Part shown: positions 37,961 to 48,129 of the stretch, one piece after another
How positions within the stretch are numbered: the stretch's first letter is position 1
Layout: the number at the start of each line of letters is the position of its first letter
Source of the DNA: Candidatus Aminicenantes bacterium
GTDB taxonomy: Bacteria > Acidobacteriota > Aminicenantia > Aminicenantales > JAFGBC01
Direction of reading: 5' to 3'
Length of the DNA stretch: 64,000 nt
NCBI GenBank assembly: GCA_963702005.1
Contig: OY969696.1
Location: forward strand, 2,870,556-2,934,555
Notes under the pieces: model-generated
What the model was told of the DNA's origin: nothing
Database searches by the model: none
The model's input: only the letters and a program-made list of their open reading frames with translations
Program-made: the position numbers and the translations under genes

Positions 37961-39289
37961 ATGGAACGGACGATCGCGCTGGTCAGCTACGGCTGCGCCA
38001 AGAACCTCGTCGACAGCGAGGTCATGCTGGGGATCCTGTCCGGCGCCGGCTACGCATTCAGGGAGGACGCGGCCGACGCCGATATCATCATCCTCAACAC
38101 CTGCGGCTTCATCCAACCGGCCCGGGACGAAGCCTCGGCGGCCATCCGCGATGCGCTCCGCCTCAAGAAAACCCGCGGCCCCAAGACGATCGTCGTCGCC
38201 GGCTGTTACGTGGAGAAAGACAGGCAGGCGCTCGCCGCCCTCTTTCCCGAGGTCGACGCCTGGCTGGGCGTCAAGGACTTCGACAGGATCGAGTCCATCC
38301 TTCGCGCCGAGCCCTACACGCCTTCGAACGCGACCTTCCTCTACTCCCACGACACGCCCCGCGTCCTCTCGACACCGCTCGGCTGGGCTTACCTTAAAAT
38401 CTCGGAAGGCTGCTCCCACGCCTGCTCGTTCTGCACCATCCCCGCCATCAAAGGCCCTTACCGGTCGCGGCCGATCGCGTCGATCGTCGAGGAGGCCCGG
38501 GCCCTGGCCGCGCGCGGAGTCCGGGAGATTGATATCGTCTCCCAGGACACGACCTCCTATGGACGCGACCTCGGGCTCAAGGACGGTCTCGTCCGGCTCC
38601 TGGCCGCGCTCCTCGAGGTCCGGGAGGTCGACTGGATCCGCCTTCTCTACGGTTATCCGAACGAGGTCTCCGACGCGCTCGTCGAGATCATGGCCGAGCC
38701 TAAAATCTGCCGCTACCTCGACATCCCCTTCCAGCACGCCCATCCCGCGATCATACGCGGCATGAAGCGCGGCCTCCACGGCGACCGCGCCCTCCGTCTC
38801 ATCGCCAAGATCCGCGCCAGGCTCCCCGGCGTCGCGATTCGGACCTCGCTCATCGTCGGCTTTCCGGGCGAAGGCCGCGCCGAATTCGAGGCCCTGCTTC
38901 GTTTCGTCGAGGAGGCCCGCTTCGATCACCTCGGCGTGTTCAGTTATTCCCTCGAGACGGGAAGCTCGGCCGCCCCGCTCGGCGATCCGGTCAAGAACGG
39001 AATCAAGCAAAGACGCAAGGACATCCTCATGGCGCGCCAAGCCGATATCTCTCTCGAGATAAACAGGGGGCGTCTGGGCGCCCGCCTCCCCGTCCTGTTC
39101 GAAGGGGTCCGGTCCGACGCCCCCCGCGTCCTGGTCGGCCGCGGGCCGTTTCAAGCGCCCGAGGTCGACGGCATCGTCGAGGTCGACGCCCGGCGGGTCG
39201 GCGATCCGGCCGCGCTCACAGGAACGATTCAGCCGGTTGAAATCGCGGCCGCAGATGTATATGATTTAAGGGGAAAGCTTATCGGATGA
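37961..39289 (+). CDS. rimO: ribosomal protein S12 methylthiotransferase RimO
   Basis: MERTIALVSYGCAKNLVDSE, radical-SAM CSHACSFC, C-terminal TRAM-like segment. Confidence 0.9.
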   Translation: MERTIALVSYGCAKNLVDSEVMLGILSGAGYAFREDAADADIIILNTCGFIQPARDEASAAIRDALRLKKTRGPKTIVVAGCYVEKDRQALAALFPEVDAWLGVKDFDRIESILRAEPYTPSNATFLYSHDTPRVLSTPLGWAYLKISEGCSHACSFCTIPAIKGPYRSRPIASIVEEARALAARGVREIDIVSQDTTSYGRDLGLKDGLVRLLAALLEVREVDWIRLLYGYPNEVSDALVEIMAEPKICRYLDIPFQHAHPAIIRGMKRGLHGDRALRLIAKIRARLPGVAIRTSLIVGFPGEGRAEFEALLRFVEEARFDHLGVFSYSLETGSSAAPLGDPVKNGIKQRRKDILMARQADISLEINRGRLGARLPVLFEGVRSDAPRVLVGRGPFQAPEVDGIVEVDARRVGDPAALTGTIQPVEIAAADVYDLRGKLIG

Positions 39290-39735
39290 AGTTCGCCGCC
39301 AAGACGATCGCCACCTTCTTCGGCGTCGGTTTCATCCCTCTTGCTCCCGGTACGGTCGCCAGCGCGGCGGCCGTTTGTCTGTACAAATGGAGCTTACACC
39401 GCTTCGCCCTCCCCGTCTTTCTCGCCCTGATCGCCGCCGTCCTCATGGTCGGGATTTGGGCTTCCGGCCGGGCCGCCGCCGCTTTCGGACGGAAAGACCC
39501 CCGGACCATCGTCATCGACGAGGTCGCCGGACAGATGACGGCCCTCGTCCTTTGCCCGGCCGACTGGGTTCCGCTCCTCATCGGATTCGGCTTGTTTCGC
39601 GTCTTCGACATCTTCAAGCCCTTCCCCATCCGCCGTTTCGAGCGTCTGCCGGGCGGCTGGGGGATCATGGCCGACGACCTGGCCGCGGGCATCCTGAGCT
39701 TCCTTCTCCTCCGCCTTTATCTCATCCTGAAATAG
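39286..39735 (+). CDS. pgpA: phosphatidylglycerophosphatase A
   Basis: FFGVGFIPLAPGTVAS, VIDEVAGQ, FRVFDIFKPFPI, GWGIMADD. ATGA overlap with rimO. Confidence 0.85.
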   Translation: MKFAAKTIATFFGVGFIPLAPGTVASAAAVCLYKWSLHRFALPVFLALIAAVLMVGIWASGRAAAAFGRKDPRTIVIDEVAGQMTALVLCPADWVPLLIGFGLFRVFDIFKPFPIRRFERLPGGWGIMADDLAAGILSFLLLRLYLILK

Positions 39736-39751
39736 GATTTTAGGAGTCGTC

Positions 39752-41065
39752 ATGACTAAGACGATCCGGATTGAAATGATCGCCGTCGGCAGCGAACTCC
39801 TCTCTCCCTACTACCAGGACACGAACTCCCTCCATCTGACCCAGCGCCTGAACGAGCTCGGCCTCGATGTCGTCCGCAAGACGATCGTCGGAGACGAAGA
39901 AGCGTCCCTCGTCCGCTGCTTCCGGGAGGCGCTCAAGCGGGCCGACTTTATCTTCGCCATGGGCGGCTTGGGGCCGACCGAAGACGATCGGACGCGGGAA
40001 GCCTGGGCCCGGGTCCTGGGCCGGACGCTCGTCTTCCAGCCTAAGATCTTCGATCAGATCCGAAGGCGCTTCAGGCGGCGCGGGTTGACCCCGCCCGCCT
40101 CGAACCGCAAGCAGGCCTTCATCCCCAAAGGCGCCCGGATTCTGCCCAACAAAAACGGGACGGCGCCCGGCCTCTGGATCGAGGAAGCCGGACGGAAGAT
40201 CGTCCTCCTCCCCGGCCCGCCCGCCGAGCTGAAGCCCATGTTCCAGGACTTTGTCTGGCCCCGTCTCCAGAGACTCCGCCGGGGTCATTACGTCCGCCGC
40301 GTCCTCAAGCTGACCGGCCTGGGCGAGTCCGTCCTCGAATCCGAGATCGCCGACCTCTATCCTAAGGACGACACTCTCTCGGTCACGACCCTGGCCATCC
40401 CGGGCCAGCTCGAGATCCATATCTACGGCCTGACGACCCGGAGCCGGCCCGCCCTCCTCCGCAAGGCGCGCCGGCTCGAGAAAGCGATCGCGGACAGGCT
40501 GGGCGACTTCGTCTTCTCGTCGAACGGCGAGAACCTCGAAGAGGTCGTGGCCGGACTGCTCAAGGGGAGGCGCAAAACGCTGGCCGCCGCCGAATCCTGC
40601 ACGGGCGGTCTCCTCTCCCACCGACTGACCAACGTCCCGGGGAGCTCCGAGTATTTCCTGGAGGGCGTCATCGCCTACAGCAACGACGCCAAGACGGCCC
40701 GGCTCGGGGTTCCGCCCGCCCTTATCCAGCAGTACGGCGCGGTCAGCGCCCACGTCGCCAGGGCGATGGCCGAGGGCATCCGGCACCGCTCCCGATCTCA
40801 CTTTGGACTCGCCGTCACCGGGATCGCCGGACCGGCCGGCGGAACCCCTCCCAAGCCGGTCGGCCTCGTCTACACGGCCCTGGCCTGGGATAACGGGACC
40901 CAAATCGAGAAGAACCTCTTTTGGGGCCCGCGTGAATCCATCAAGTTCCAATCGACCCAGAAAGCCCTCGACATGCTGCGGCGGCATCTCCTCCTGGCCG
41001 GAAAGAAGCCGGCCGTCCGCGCCCGCCGCCCCAAGGGAAGAAGGCTAAAAGGACAAAAGATATGA
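39752..41065 (+). CDS. cinA: CinA family protein (MoCF-binding domain + nicotinamide-nucleotide amidohydrolase PncC domain)
   Basis: IEMIAVGSELL...DTNS, GGLGPTEDD, AESCTGGLL, GIAGPAGG. Confidence 0.85.
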   Translation: MTKTIRIEMIAVGSELLSPYYQDTNSLHLTQRLNELGLDVVRKTIVGDEEASLVRCFREALKRADFIFAMGGLGPTEDDRTREAWARVLGRTLVFQPKIFDQIRRRFRRRGLTPPASNRKQAFIPKGARILPNKNGTAPGLWIEEAGRKIVLLPGPPAELKPMFQDFVWPRLQRLRRGHYVRRVLKLTGLGESVLESEIADLYPKDDTLSVTTLAIPGQLEIHIYGLTTRSRPALLRKARRLEKAIADRLGDFVFSSNGENLEEVVAGLLKGRRKTLAAAESCTGGLLSHRLTNVPGSSEYFLEGVIAYSNDAKTARLGVPPALIQQYGAVSAHVARAMAEGIRHRSRSHFGLAVTGIAGPAGGTPPKPVGLVYTALAWDNGTQIEKNLFWGPRESIKFQSTQKALDMLRRHLLLAGKKPAVRARRPKGRRLKGQKI

Positions 41066-41619
41066 GGACATTCATCGCCATCGACCTCGATCCCGCCCTT
41101 AAGGAAAGGGTCGCCCTTCTCGTCCAAAAATTAAGCCGCGCCAATCCCAACGTCAAGTGGATCGGCTCCGACTCGATGCATTTGACCCTCAAGTTTCTGG
41201 GCGAAACGAGCGATGCCCAGGTCGAAGACGTCAAAACGACGCTCCAAGCCGTCGTCGGCCGGTATCATCCCTTCGAGCTGGGGCTCAAGGGCACCGGAAG
41301 CTTCCCGCCCGGAAGCCGTAACCCCCGCGTCCTGTGGGCGGGCTTCGAGCCCCGCGAGGAGCTCAACGCCCTCCAGGCCGACATCGAGGAGGAGCTGGCC
41401 CGGAAGGGCTTCCCCAAGGAGGACCGGCCCTTCCATCCCCATCTGACGCTGGGGCGGGTCAAATCGAGCCAGGACATCCAGAAGACCCTCCGCGAACTCG
41501 AGGGCTGGAAGGAATTCGAATTCGGCTTCATGGGCGCCAAGACGGTGACCTTCTTCGAGAGCACGCTCACCCCCGAAGGCGCCCGTTACACCATTCTCGG
41601 GGAATACCCGCTCGCTTGA
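41062..41619 (+). CDS. thpR: RNA 2',3'-cyclic phosphodiesterase (2H family)
   Basis: Two HxT motifs: MHLTLKFLG and HPHLTLGRV. ATGA overlap with cinA. Confidence 0.85.
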   Translation: MRTFIAIDLDPALKERVALLVQKLSRANPNVKWIGSDSMHLTLKFLGETSDAQVEDVKTTLQAVVGRYHPFELGLKGTGSFPPGSRNPRVLWAGFEPREELNALQADIEEELARKGFPKEDRPFHPHLTLGRVKSSQDIQKTLRELEGWKEFEFGFMGAKTVTFFESTLTPEGARYTILGEYPLA

Positions 41620-41623
41620 CGAG

Positions 41624-42229
41624 ATGAAAATCGCCTTCGCCCTCTGCTGCTACCTTCTGGGCGCCGTCCCGACCGGCTACCTTCTGTTCCGCCTCCGCGT
41701 CCGCAGCGACATCCGGCGATTCGGAAGCGGCAACACGGGCGCCACGAACGTCCTCCGTCTCGAGGGCTGGAAGGCGGCCCTGCCCGTCGCCCTGGCCGAT
41801 GTCCTCAAGGGCATCCTTCCTCCCCTGCTCGCCCTCCGGCTCTTCCAGGACGGCCGGCTCGCGCTCATCGCCTCGTTCCTGGCCGTGGTCGGCCACTGCT
41901 TCCCGGTTTACATCAAGTTCCGGGGCGGCAAGGGCGTGGCGACCACGATCGGCGTCCTCCTCGTCCTCGGCTGGTGGCAGCCGGCCGCGATCGCGCTGGC
42001 CGTGTTCGCCGGGACGATCGCCGCAACCCGATACGTTTCCCTCGGATCGCTCTTGGCCGCGCTCTCGATCCCGATCTCGGCGTTTCTCCTGAAACACGAC
42101 GTCGAGTTCGCCGTCTGGGGAGTCGCCGTATTCGCCCTGATCGCGCTCTGTCACCGGGCTAACATCGTGCGGATCATCCGCGGCCGGGAGCGCAAGTTCG
42201 GCCGCCGCGAGGAGGCCCACCCCGCATGA
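41624..42229 (+). CDS. plsY: glycerol-3-phosphate acyltransferase PlsY
   Basis: YLLGAVPTGYLL, GSGNTGATNV, FRGGKGVATT. Confidence 0.9.
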   Translation: MKIAFALCCYLLGAVPTGYLLFRLRVRSDIRRFGSGNTGATNVLRLEGWKAALPVALADVLKGILPPLLALRLFQDGRLALIASFLAVVGHCFPVYIKFRGGKGVATTIGVLLVLGWWQPAAIALAVFAGTIAATRYVSLGSLLAALSIPISAFLLKHDVEFAVWGVAVFALIALCHRANIVRIIRGRERKFGRREEAHPA

Positions 42230-43260
42230 AGTCCTGCGTCGTCGGCGGCGGAAGCTGGGGGTCGGCCTTCGCCCTCCACTTGGGCCGGATGGGGATCCCG
42301 ACCCAGCTCTGGGTCCGGGAGGAAGAGATCCGGCACGAGCTCAGCGAGCGCGGAACGAACAGTCTGTTCCTCCCCGGCTTCGTCTTTCCGCCCCAAGTCA
42401 CCTTCTTCAACGAGATCGCGGCCGCCCTGGAAGGATGCGAGATCGTCTTCGTGGCCGTGCCCTCCCAGTACTTCCGAAGCGTCTTCACCCTGATGGCTGC
42501 TCACTTAGGCCCCGCGCGGGGAATCGTGAGCCTGACCAAGGGCATCGAGGAGGGGACCCAGAAGCGGATGTCGGAGATCGTGGAGGAAATCCTGACGCCG
42601 GCCGGCCGGAGTCCGGTCGCCGCCCTGTCGGGCCCGAGCTTCGCCCGCGAAGTGGCCCAGGGCCAAGCGACGGCCGTCGTGGCCGCCTCCGAGGACGGCC
42701 CGTTCGCACGGACCGTTCAGCACCTCGTCTCGAACCTCAACCTTCGCGTCTACACCTCGCCCGATATCCGGGGCGTCGAGCTGGCTGGCGCCGTCAAGAA
42801 CGTCATCGCCATCGCGGCCGGCATCTCGGACGGCCTGGCGGCGGGCCACAACTCCTCGGCCGCCCTGATCACGCGGGGGATCCACGAAATGACCCGGCTC
42901 GGATTGCGGATGGGCGCCCGGCCCGAGACGTTCGCGGGGCTGGCCGGGATCGGCGACCTCATCCTGACCTGCACGGGCGCCCTCAGCCGCAACCACTACG
43001 TCGGGTTCGAGCTGGGCCGCGGACGCAGCCTGGAGGCGGTCAGGTCCGGAATGACCATGATCGCCGAGGGGATTGTCACGACGCTCTCCGTCCACGAGCT
43101 GTCCGAGCGCCTCCGGGTCGAAATGCCCATCTGCGGACAGATCTACGAAGTCCTCTACCGCGGGAAGCCGCCCCAGCGGGTTCTCAGCGATTTCATGTCC
43201 CGCTCCCTCAAGAGCGAGCACGGGGACGTCTTCGGCCCGGACGCCGAAGAAAAGGAGTGA
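42226..43260 (+). CDS. gpsA: NAD(P)H-dependent glycerol-3-phosphate dehydrogenase
   Basis: VVGGGSWGSAFA, LSGPSFAREVA, AGAVKNVIAIAAGISDGL. ATGA overlap with plsY. Confidence 0.9.
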   Translation: MKSCVVGGGSWGSAFALHLGRMGIPTQLWVREEEIRHELSERGTNSLFLPGFVFPPQVTFFNEIAAALEGCEIVFVAVPSQYFRSVFTLMAAHLGPARGIVSLTKGIEEGTQKRMSEIVEEILTPAGRSPVAALSGPSFAREVAQGQATAVVAASEDGPFARTVQHLVSNLNLRVYTSPDIRGVELAGAVKNVIAIAAGISDGLAAGHNSSAALITRGIHEMTRLGLRMGARPETFAGLAGIGDLILTCTGALSRNHYVGFELGRGRSLEAVRSGMTMIAEGIVTTLSVHELSERLRVEMPICGQIYEVLYRGKPPQRVLSDFMSRSLKSEHGDVFGPDAEEKE

Positions 43261-44031
43261 ATGATGAGTTCCATGAAACCCAAGGCCCTCGTCCTTCTCC
43301 TGGCCTGCCTGCCTCTCGCCCTGTGCGCCTCGCCCCAGAAGAGGCTGGAACGGACTCGCGAGAAAGATCCCAAGTACCAGTACAATCTGGGCTCCTTTTA
43401 TCTCAACAACAATGACATCGACCAGGCCATCCACGCCTTCAACCGGGCCATCGAGCTCGATTCGCGCCTCCATCTCGCCTACAACGGACTCGGGCTGGCC
43501 TACTCGATGAAGGGGAATCTGGCCGAGGCGGCCAAGGCTTTCGAAAAATGCCTCGAGGTCAGCCCTCAGTTCACGGAAGCGCGGAACAACCTGGGGATGA
43601 CCTACCAGGAGATGGGCTATCTCGACAAGGCCGAGGATCAGTACAAGAAGGCCGTCGCCGACCTCGCCTATCAAACCCGGGAGATGCCCTACTACAACCT
43701 GGCGCGTCTCTACCTGGGCAAGGGCCTGAATGAAGCGGCCCTGGAGACGGACCAGAAGGCCCTTCTGGCCAACGCCAACATGGTCCTGGCCTACAACTTG
43801 AAGGGGATGATCCTGGAGAAGATGGACAGGCTCCCCGAAGCGATCACGGCCTATGAGGTCGCGGCCCGCAAGGTCCCGGACGAGGTCACCTTCGGCTACA
43901 ACCTGGCCGTCGCCTGCTTCAAGAACAACGAGCGGGATAAGGCGCGGGAGGCGTTCGAGAGGATTCTGCCCAAGATCACCGACACGGCCATGCGCGACCG
44001 GGTCAACCAGTACCTCGAGCTCTTAAAATAG
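43261..44031 (+). CDS. TPR-repeat lipoprotein
   Basis: Lipobox LPLALC; several 34-aa TPR units (AIHAFNRAIELDS..., AAKAFEKCLEVSP...). Confidence 0.7.
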   Translation: MMSSMKPKALVLLLACLPLALCASPQKRLERTREKDPKYQYNLGSFYLNNNDIDQAIHAFNRAIELDSRLHLAYNGLGLAYSMKGNLAEAAKAFEKCLEVSPQFTEARNNLGMTYQEMGYLDKAEDQYKKAVADLAYQTREMPYYNLARLYLGKGLNEAALETDQKALLANANMVLAYNLKGMILEKMDRLPEAITAYEVAARKVPDEVTFGYNLAVACFKNNERDKAREAFERILPKITDTAMRDRVNQYLELLK

Positions 44032-44064
44032 CCGAAGAAATAAGAAATAGGAAGGAGGTTCGAC

Positions 44065-45429
44065 ATGAAGTCCGAGATGTGGAGTCGACGAGCTTTTCTG
44101 CGCATGTGCGGGGCTTTGGGGACGGCCGCCTATTCGGCGACGTCCGGCGGCCTCGAGCGCGTCCTGGCCGCTTCCCAGACGGTCGCGGACCGAACGCCCG
44201 AGGAGGTGGCCGGTGACGAGTTCTACTGGAGGGAGATCCAACTCGCCTTCAAGCTGGACCGCACCTTGATCAACCTCAACAACGGTTTCACCGCCCCGGC
44301 CCCGCGGGTCGTGCTCGAGTCCGAGTTCCGGTACATGGAAATGATCAACATGTTGCCCGTGCACTATCAGGGAATGGTCGCCAAGAACGTCGAGACGATC
44401 CGCCTGCGCATGGCCAAGGAGTTCGGCTGCGACCCCGAAGAGCTGGCCCTGACGCGCGGCGCCAGCGAGTCTCTGCAGATCGCCCAGAACGGGATCGACC
44501 TCAAGGCGGGCGACGAGGTCGTCACCACCGAGCAGGATTACCCCCGCATGCTGACGACCTGGGACCAGCGCGTGCGGCGCGAGGGGATCAAGGTCACACG
44601 GCTTCAGTTCCCGGTGCCGACGACCCAGGATGACCTCTACCAGCGGTTCGAGAAAGCCATCTCGCCGCGGACGAAAGTCTTCCATTTCTGCCACGTCACC
44701 AATCTAACGGCCCAGATGTTCCCGGTGGCGCGGCTGTCCCGCCTGGCCCGCTCCAAGGGGATCGTCACGATCGTGGACGGCGCCCACGCGCTGGGGCAGT
44801 TCCCGTTTAAGCTGAGGGACCTCGAGTGCGACGCCTACGGCGTCAGCCTACACAAGTGGCTGCTGGCTCCAATCGGTAACGGCTGCCTGTACATGCGTCG
44901 GGAGATGATCCCGAAATTCTGGCCTCTGCAGGCGGCCCCTGAACAGCAGGACAACGACATCCGCAAGTTCGAGTCCATCGGCACGCACCCCTGGGCCATC
45001 CGGGCGGCGCTGGGCGAAGCCCTGGCCTTCCACCAAGCCATCGGCGGCGAGCGCAAGGCGGCCCGTCTGCGCTACCTGACCCTCCGCTGGGCCAACGCCC
45101 TCAAGAAATATCCGCAGATTAAGATCCTGACGAACCTAAGCGATCCCCCGCAGGCCTGGGCCGTTGCCGCGGTCAACATCGAAGGTACCGACGTCAGGGA
45201 TCTGGCCAGGTTCCTGATGGACAAGTACCGCATTATCGCCGTCCCGCTCGTCGGAGGCGCCCCGCCCAACCAGGTCTTCGATTATCAGGCTCTCCGGGTA
45301 TCGCCGAACGTTTACACGACGCTCGAGGAGATCGACACGTTCGTCATGGCCATGGAAGACGCTCTCAAGAACGGCGTCCCGTCCAACGATTCTCCGGCCG
45401 AAGCCGGCTGGTCGCTGGGCGGCGATTAG
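44065..45429 (+). CDS. class V PLP-dependent aminotransferase-fold enzyme with twin-arginine signal
   Basis: SRRAFLRMCGALGTAA Tat motif. TRGASESL, VDGAHALGQ, SLHKWLLAP (PLP Lys). Confidence 0.8.
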   Translation: MKSEMWSRRAFLRMCGALGTAAYSATSGGLERVLAASQTVADRTPEEVAGDEFYWREIQLAFKLDRTLINLNNGFTAPAPRVVLESEFRYMEMINMLPVHYQGMVAKNVETIRLRMAKEFGCDPEELALTRGASESLQIAQNGIDLKAGDEVVTTEQDYPRMLTTWDQRVRREGIKVTRLQFPVPTTQDDLYQRFEKAISPRTKVFHFCHVTNLTAQMFPVARLSRLARSKGIVTIVDGAHALGQFPFKLRDLECDAYGVSLHKWLLAPIGNGCLYMRREMIPKFWPLQAAPEQQDNDIRKFESIGTHPWAIRAALGEALAFHQAIGGERKAARLRYLTLRWANALKKYPQIKILTNLSDPPQAWAVAAVNIEGTDVRDLARFLMDKYRIIAVPLVGGAPPNQVFDYQALRVSPNVYTTLEEIDTFVMAMEDALKNGVPSNDSPAEAGWSLGGD

Positions 45430-45460
45430 GCGGAGACGTTGGCTTAAAGGGAGGAGTCCC

Positions 45461-45886
45461 ATGAAACGTTTTGTCGCATTGACCGTCATGACTCTTGTCG
45501 TCGTCTTCTTTGCTGGCGCCGCTATGGCCTATGCCCAGGCCTCTTTTAAGATTCCGTTCAAGTTCGAAGCCGGCGGCAAGAAGTTTCCGCCGGGCGAATA
45601 CCGGGTGGCCCAGAAGGAAGACGGACAGATCGCCCTTCGGCAGGAATCGACCGGCCTGGAAGTCCAGGTCCCCTTCACCCAGAAGCTGGCCCAACCGAAC
45701 CCGCCCATCGAGGAGCCCCAGCTTATCTTCCATGTCGTGGGAAACTTTGAGCCGTCCTACACGGAATACTTTACGGTCTATCTATTGGCGGAAGTCTGGC
45801 TGCCCGGGGAGGACGGCCTCCTGGTGCACACGACGAAAGGAGCGCACCAGACCCAGATCGTCAAAGGCGAGGCGGCGAAAAAATAA
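45461..45886 (+). CDS. small secreted hypothetical protein
   Basis: 141 aa with signal peptide MKRFVALTVMTLVVVFFAGAAMAYA. No recognisable domain. Confidence 0.5.
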   Translation: MKRFVALTVMTLVVVFFAGAAMAYAQASFKIPFKFEAGGKKFPPGEYRVAQKEDGQIALRQESTGLEVQVPFTQKLAQPNPPIEEPQLIFHVVGNFEPSYTEYFTVYLLAEVWLPGEDGLLVHTTKGAHQTQIVKGEAAKK

Positions 45887-45898
45887 AATAGGGACGGA

Positions 45899-47947
45899 TT
45901 ACCGCTCCCAAGCAAAAGGAGTTTTGAGCCTCTCTTCGACCCACGCCTTGTTGATCCGTAGGTTGTATTGGTCGTGCTGCAAGGTCCAGTCCGGGTCCGG
46001 GTTTAATCCTAGCGCCTCTTTAAAATGTGAAACCGCCGCCGCCCGATTCCCGAGAAGATCCTGGATATTCCCCATCCAGATGAGGGCATTGAAGACGTCT
46101 CTCTTCTGCGAAGCCAGCTCTCGGCTTTTTTTGAAAGCCTCACAGGCTTCGGCGTAATAGCGGCCGTCGAAGAGGAGCATCCCGAGTTTAAACCAGGCAC
46201 GGGGCGTTTTTATCCCCGTCGTTTCGGGGCGGCGGAGAAAATCGAGCGCGGCCTCCCCCGTGCCGGTCCATTCGAGGGCATCGATCGATTCTTCGATTTC
46301 AGCTGCAGTCCTGGGTACGGATTCCCGGACGAGCCCTAAGCGGTGTTCCGGGTCGAGGATAACCTCTTTAAGCGGAGCGCGGCTCCGGAAGCGAAGGACC
46401 GCGGCCCGGGAAAGCCTGTCCGTGGCCGCGGCCTGGCTCGAACCGTCCTTAAAGACCGCCTTGACCGGCACCGGCATGCGCACGGAATCCAGGCCGTACT
46501 CGACGCGGACCTCGCTCAGGTAGCCTCCCTCGGCTGGGGTCGAGGACTGAGACGCGACCCGGCATTCGAGGATTTTATTGGACCTGGCCCAGTCGTCGAA
46601 GAACCAGCCGAGATTCTCCCCGGTCGCTCCCTCGCAGAGAGCCCGGAAATCGCGCCAGCCGATGCGTTTGCCGGTATACTCCCGGACGGCCCTCCGATAG
46701 ATCTCGCCGAACCTTTCCCTGCCCAAGACGGTTTCGAGGGCGCTCAGCACGGTAAATCCCTTGCCATGAATAAGGATGTTGTTCCGGTCGAACCTCTGGG
46801 CTTTAACAAGCGAGGGCGGGGCGTCCATCGTCGTATCGTTCCTGGCCTTCACGCCCTGGAGGTAGCCGTCGATGAAGCCCTGATACCGGTCCCAGCCGAG
46901 ACCGCGGGCCTGCAGGTATTCCTTATCGGCCTCGATCCCCATGCCGATCATGAACCAGGCTTCCGTGAAATCGCCCAAGACGTCCCCGGACATGATCGAC
47001 TCGCCCCAGTACTGGTGGCCGATCTCGTGGGCCGTGATCCATTTCCACCAGGCGGCCTCGGCCTCGCCCTTGTTCGGGTCATAGGTTTCTTGGCCGTGGA
47101 TGACGACGATTCCCGAAGCGTACGGATAGCCTCCCCACGGCTGGGGCCCTCCCGGTATGATGCACAGGGACCGATGGGGATAGCCGCCCAGCCACGATTT
47201 ATAGAACGGGATGATGTCGGCCGCCGCTTTCAGACAGAGGAGGGCGCAGTCCCTCCCCTTTTCGGTGAACAGGGCCCTGATCGTCACCCCGCCCGCCTCG
47301 GCCTCCTCGGCTTTGAGCTCGTTCGACAGAAAGACGCCGAAGTATGTTGTTACGAAGTCGTTTTCGTAATATCCGGTCGTGGGGTCGAACCGGCCGCTCA
47401 CGGCGGCCTGATAGCCTTGGGGAATGTCCAGCTTGACCTTGAACGAGTCGCGGACCGGAAGGCCTTCCCACCACAGCCGGGGATACCAGCTCTTGAGGTG
47501 AATCTGGCCGTCATGGACGCCGGCCTTGGCGGTAAACTTCACTTCGAGACGAACGGTTTCGCCCGGCCTGACCGGCTTCGGCAGCTCCATCAAGAGCGGC
47601 GTCGTCATCGGCATGCTTTTTTCGGAATTTAGAATCTTGAGCGGCTCCCCTTTGATGCTTGCCTCGAAGGGCTGCGACGGTCCGAGCGTCCATTCGAAAG
47701 CCAGGACGGAAATCGGCCGGCTCGCCGTGTTGGCGAGAGCGATCGCGCCAGCTGTATCGACGGTCGCCGTTTCTCCGCTGATCCTGATTTTCGCGGCGAG
47801 AACGTACGAGGCCCCGGGCGGATCCTTCGGCATCCAATAGCCGGGGGTTTCGATGGAATCCTTGGCCGGGGAACCGTAGGATGCCCCGATTATGCATGTC
47901 GTAAGATAAAAAAACGCTAAGGGACGAACTGCTTTGAGCTTAAGCAT
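45899..47947 (-). CDS. M1-family zinc metallopeptidase with C-terminal TPR-like region, secreted
   Basis: 682 aa with a signal-like N-terminus. HEIGHQYWGE (HExxH) with downstream E. Confidence 0.85.
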   Translation of the reverse strand: MLKLKAVRPLAFFYLTTCIIGASYGSPAKDSIETPGYWMPKDPPGASYVLAAKIRISGETATVDTAGAIALANTASRPISVLAFEWTLGPSQPFEASIKGEPLKILNSEKSMPMTTPLLMELPKPVRPGETVRLEVKFTAKAGVHDGQIHLKSWYPRLWWEGLPVRDSFKVKLDIPQGYQAAVSGRFDPTTGYYENDFVTTYFGVFLSNELKAEEAEAGGVTIRALFTEKGRDCALLCLKAAADIIPFYKSWLGGYPHRSLCIIPGGPQPWGGYPYASGIVVIHGQETYDPNKGEAEAAWWKWITAHEIGHQYWGESIMSGDVLGDFTEAWFMIGMGIEADKEYLQARGLGWDRYQGFIDGYLQGVKARNDTTMDAPPSLVKAQRFDRNNILIHGKGFTVLSALETVLGRERFGEIYRRAVREYTGKRIGWRDFRALCEGATGENLGWFFDDWARSNKILECRVASQSSTPAEGGYLSEVRVEYGLDSVRMPVPVKAVFKDGSSQAAATDRLSRAAVLRFRSRAPLKEVILDPEHRLGLVRESVPRTAAEIEESIDALEWTGTGEAALDFLRRPETTGIKTPRAWFKLGMLLFDGRYYAEACEAFKKSRELASQKRDVFNALIWMGNIQDLLGNRAAAVSHFKEALGLNPDPDWTLQHDQYNLRINKAWVEERLKTPFAWER

Positions 47948-47975
47948 TGGCTGACCTCTCTATGAATATTATAAC
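47947..47975 (+). promoter_or_regulatory. sigma70-like promoter candidate for a leader transcript
   Basis: TTGGCT - 17 nt - TATAAC. It overlaps the divergent M1 start codon. Confidence 0.3.
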
Positions 47976-48096
47976 GCGCGATCGTCGACGGGCGAAAGAA
48001 ACAGATTTGTTTTAGTCGGCGAGGCGGCGGTCGACTCATGCTCCCAGGCGCCATAACCAGGATTCCAGCACACGCGATCCGGGCGAACCGCCAAGC

Positions 48097-48129
48097 CCCT
48101 TCCGGTCTCGGCTGGAAGGGCCTTTTTTT
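48097..48129 (+). terminator. intrinsic (rho-independent) terminator, plus-strand orientation, in the 5' leader of the sulfatase-TPR gene
   Basis: CCCTTCC(GG)-TCTCGG-(CT)GGAAGGG, then CC and TTTTTTT (48123-48129). There is no matching T tract for the minus strand and no plus-strand gene upstream. Confidence 0.6.
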
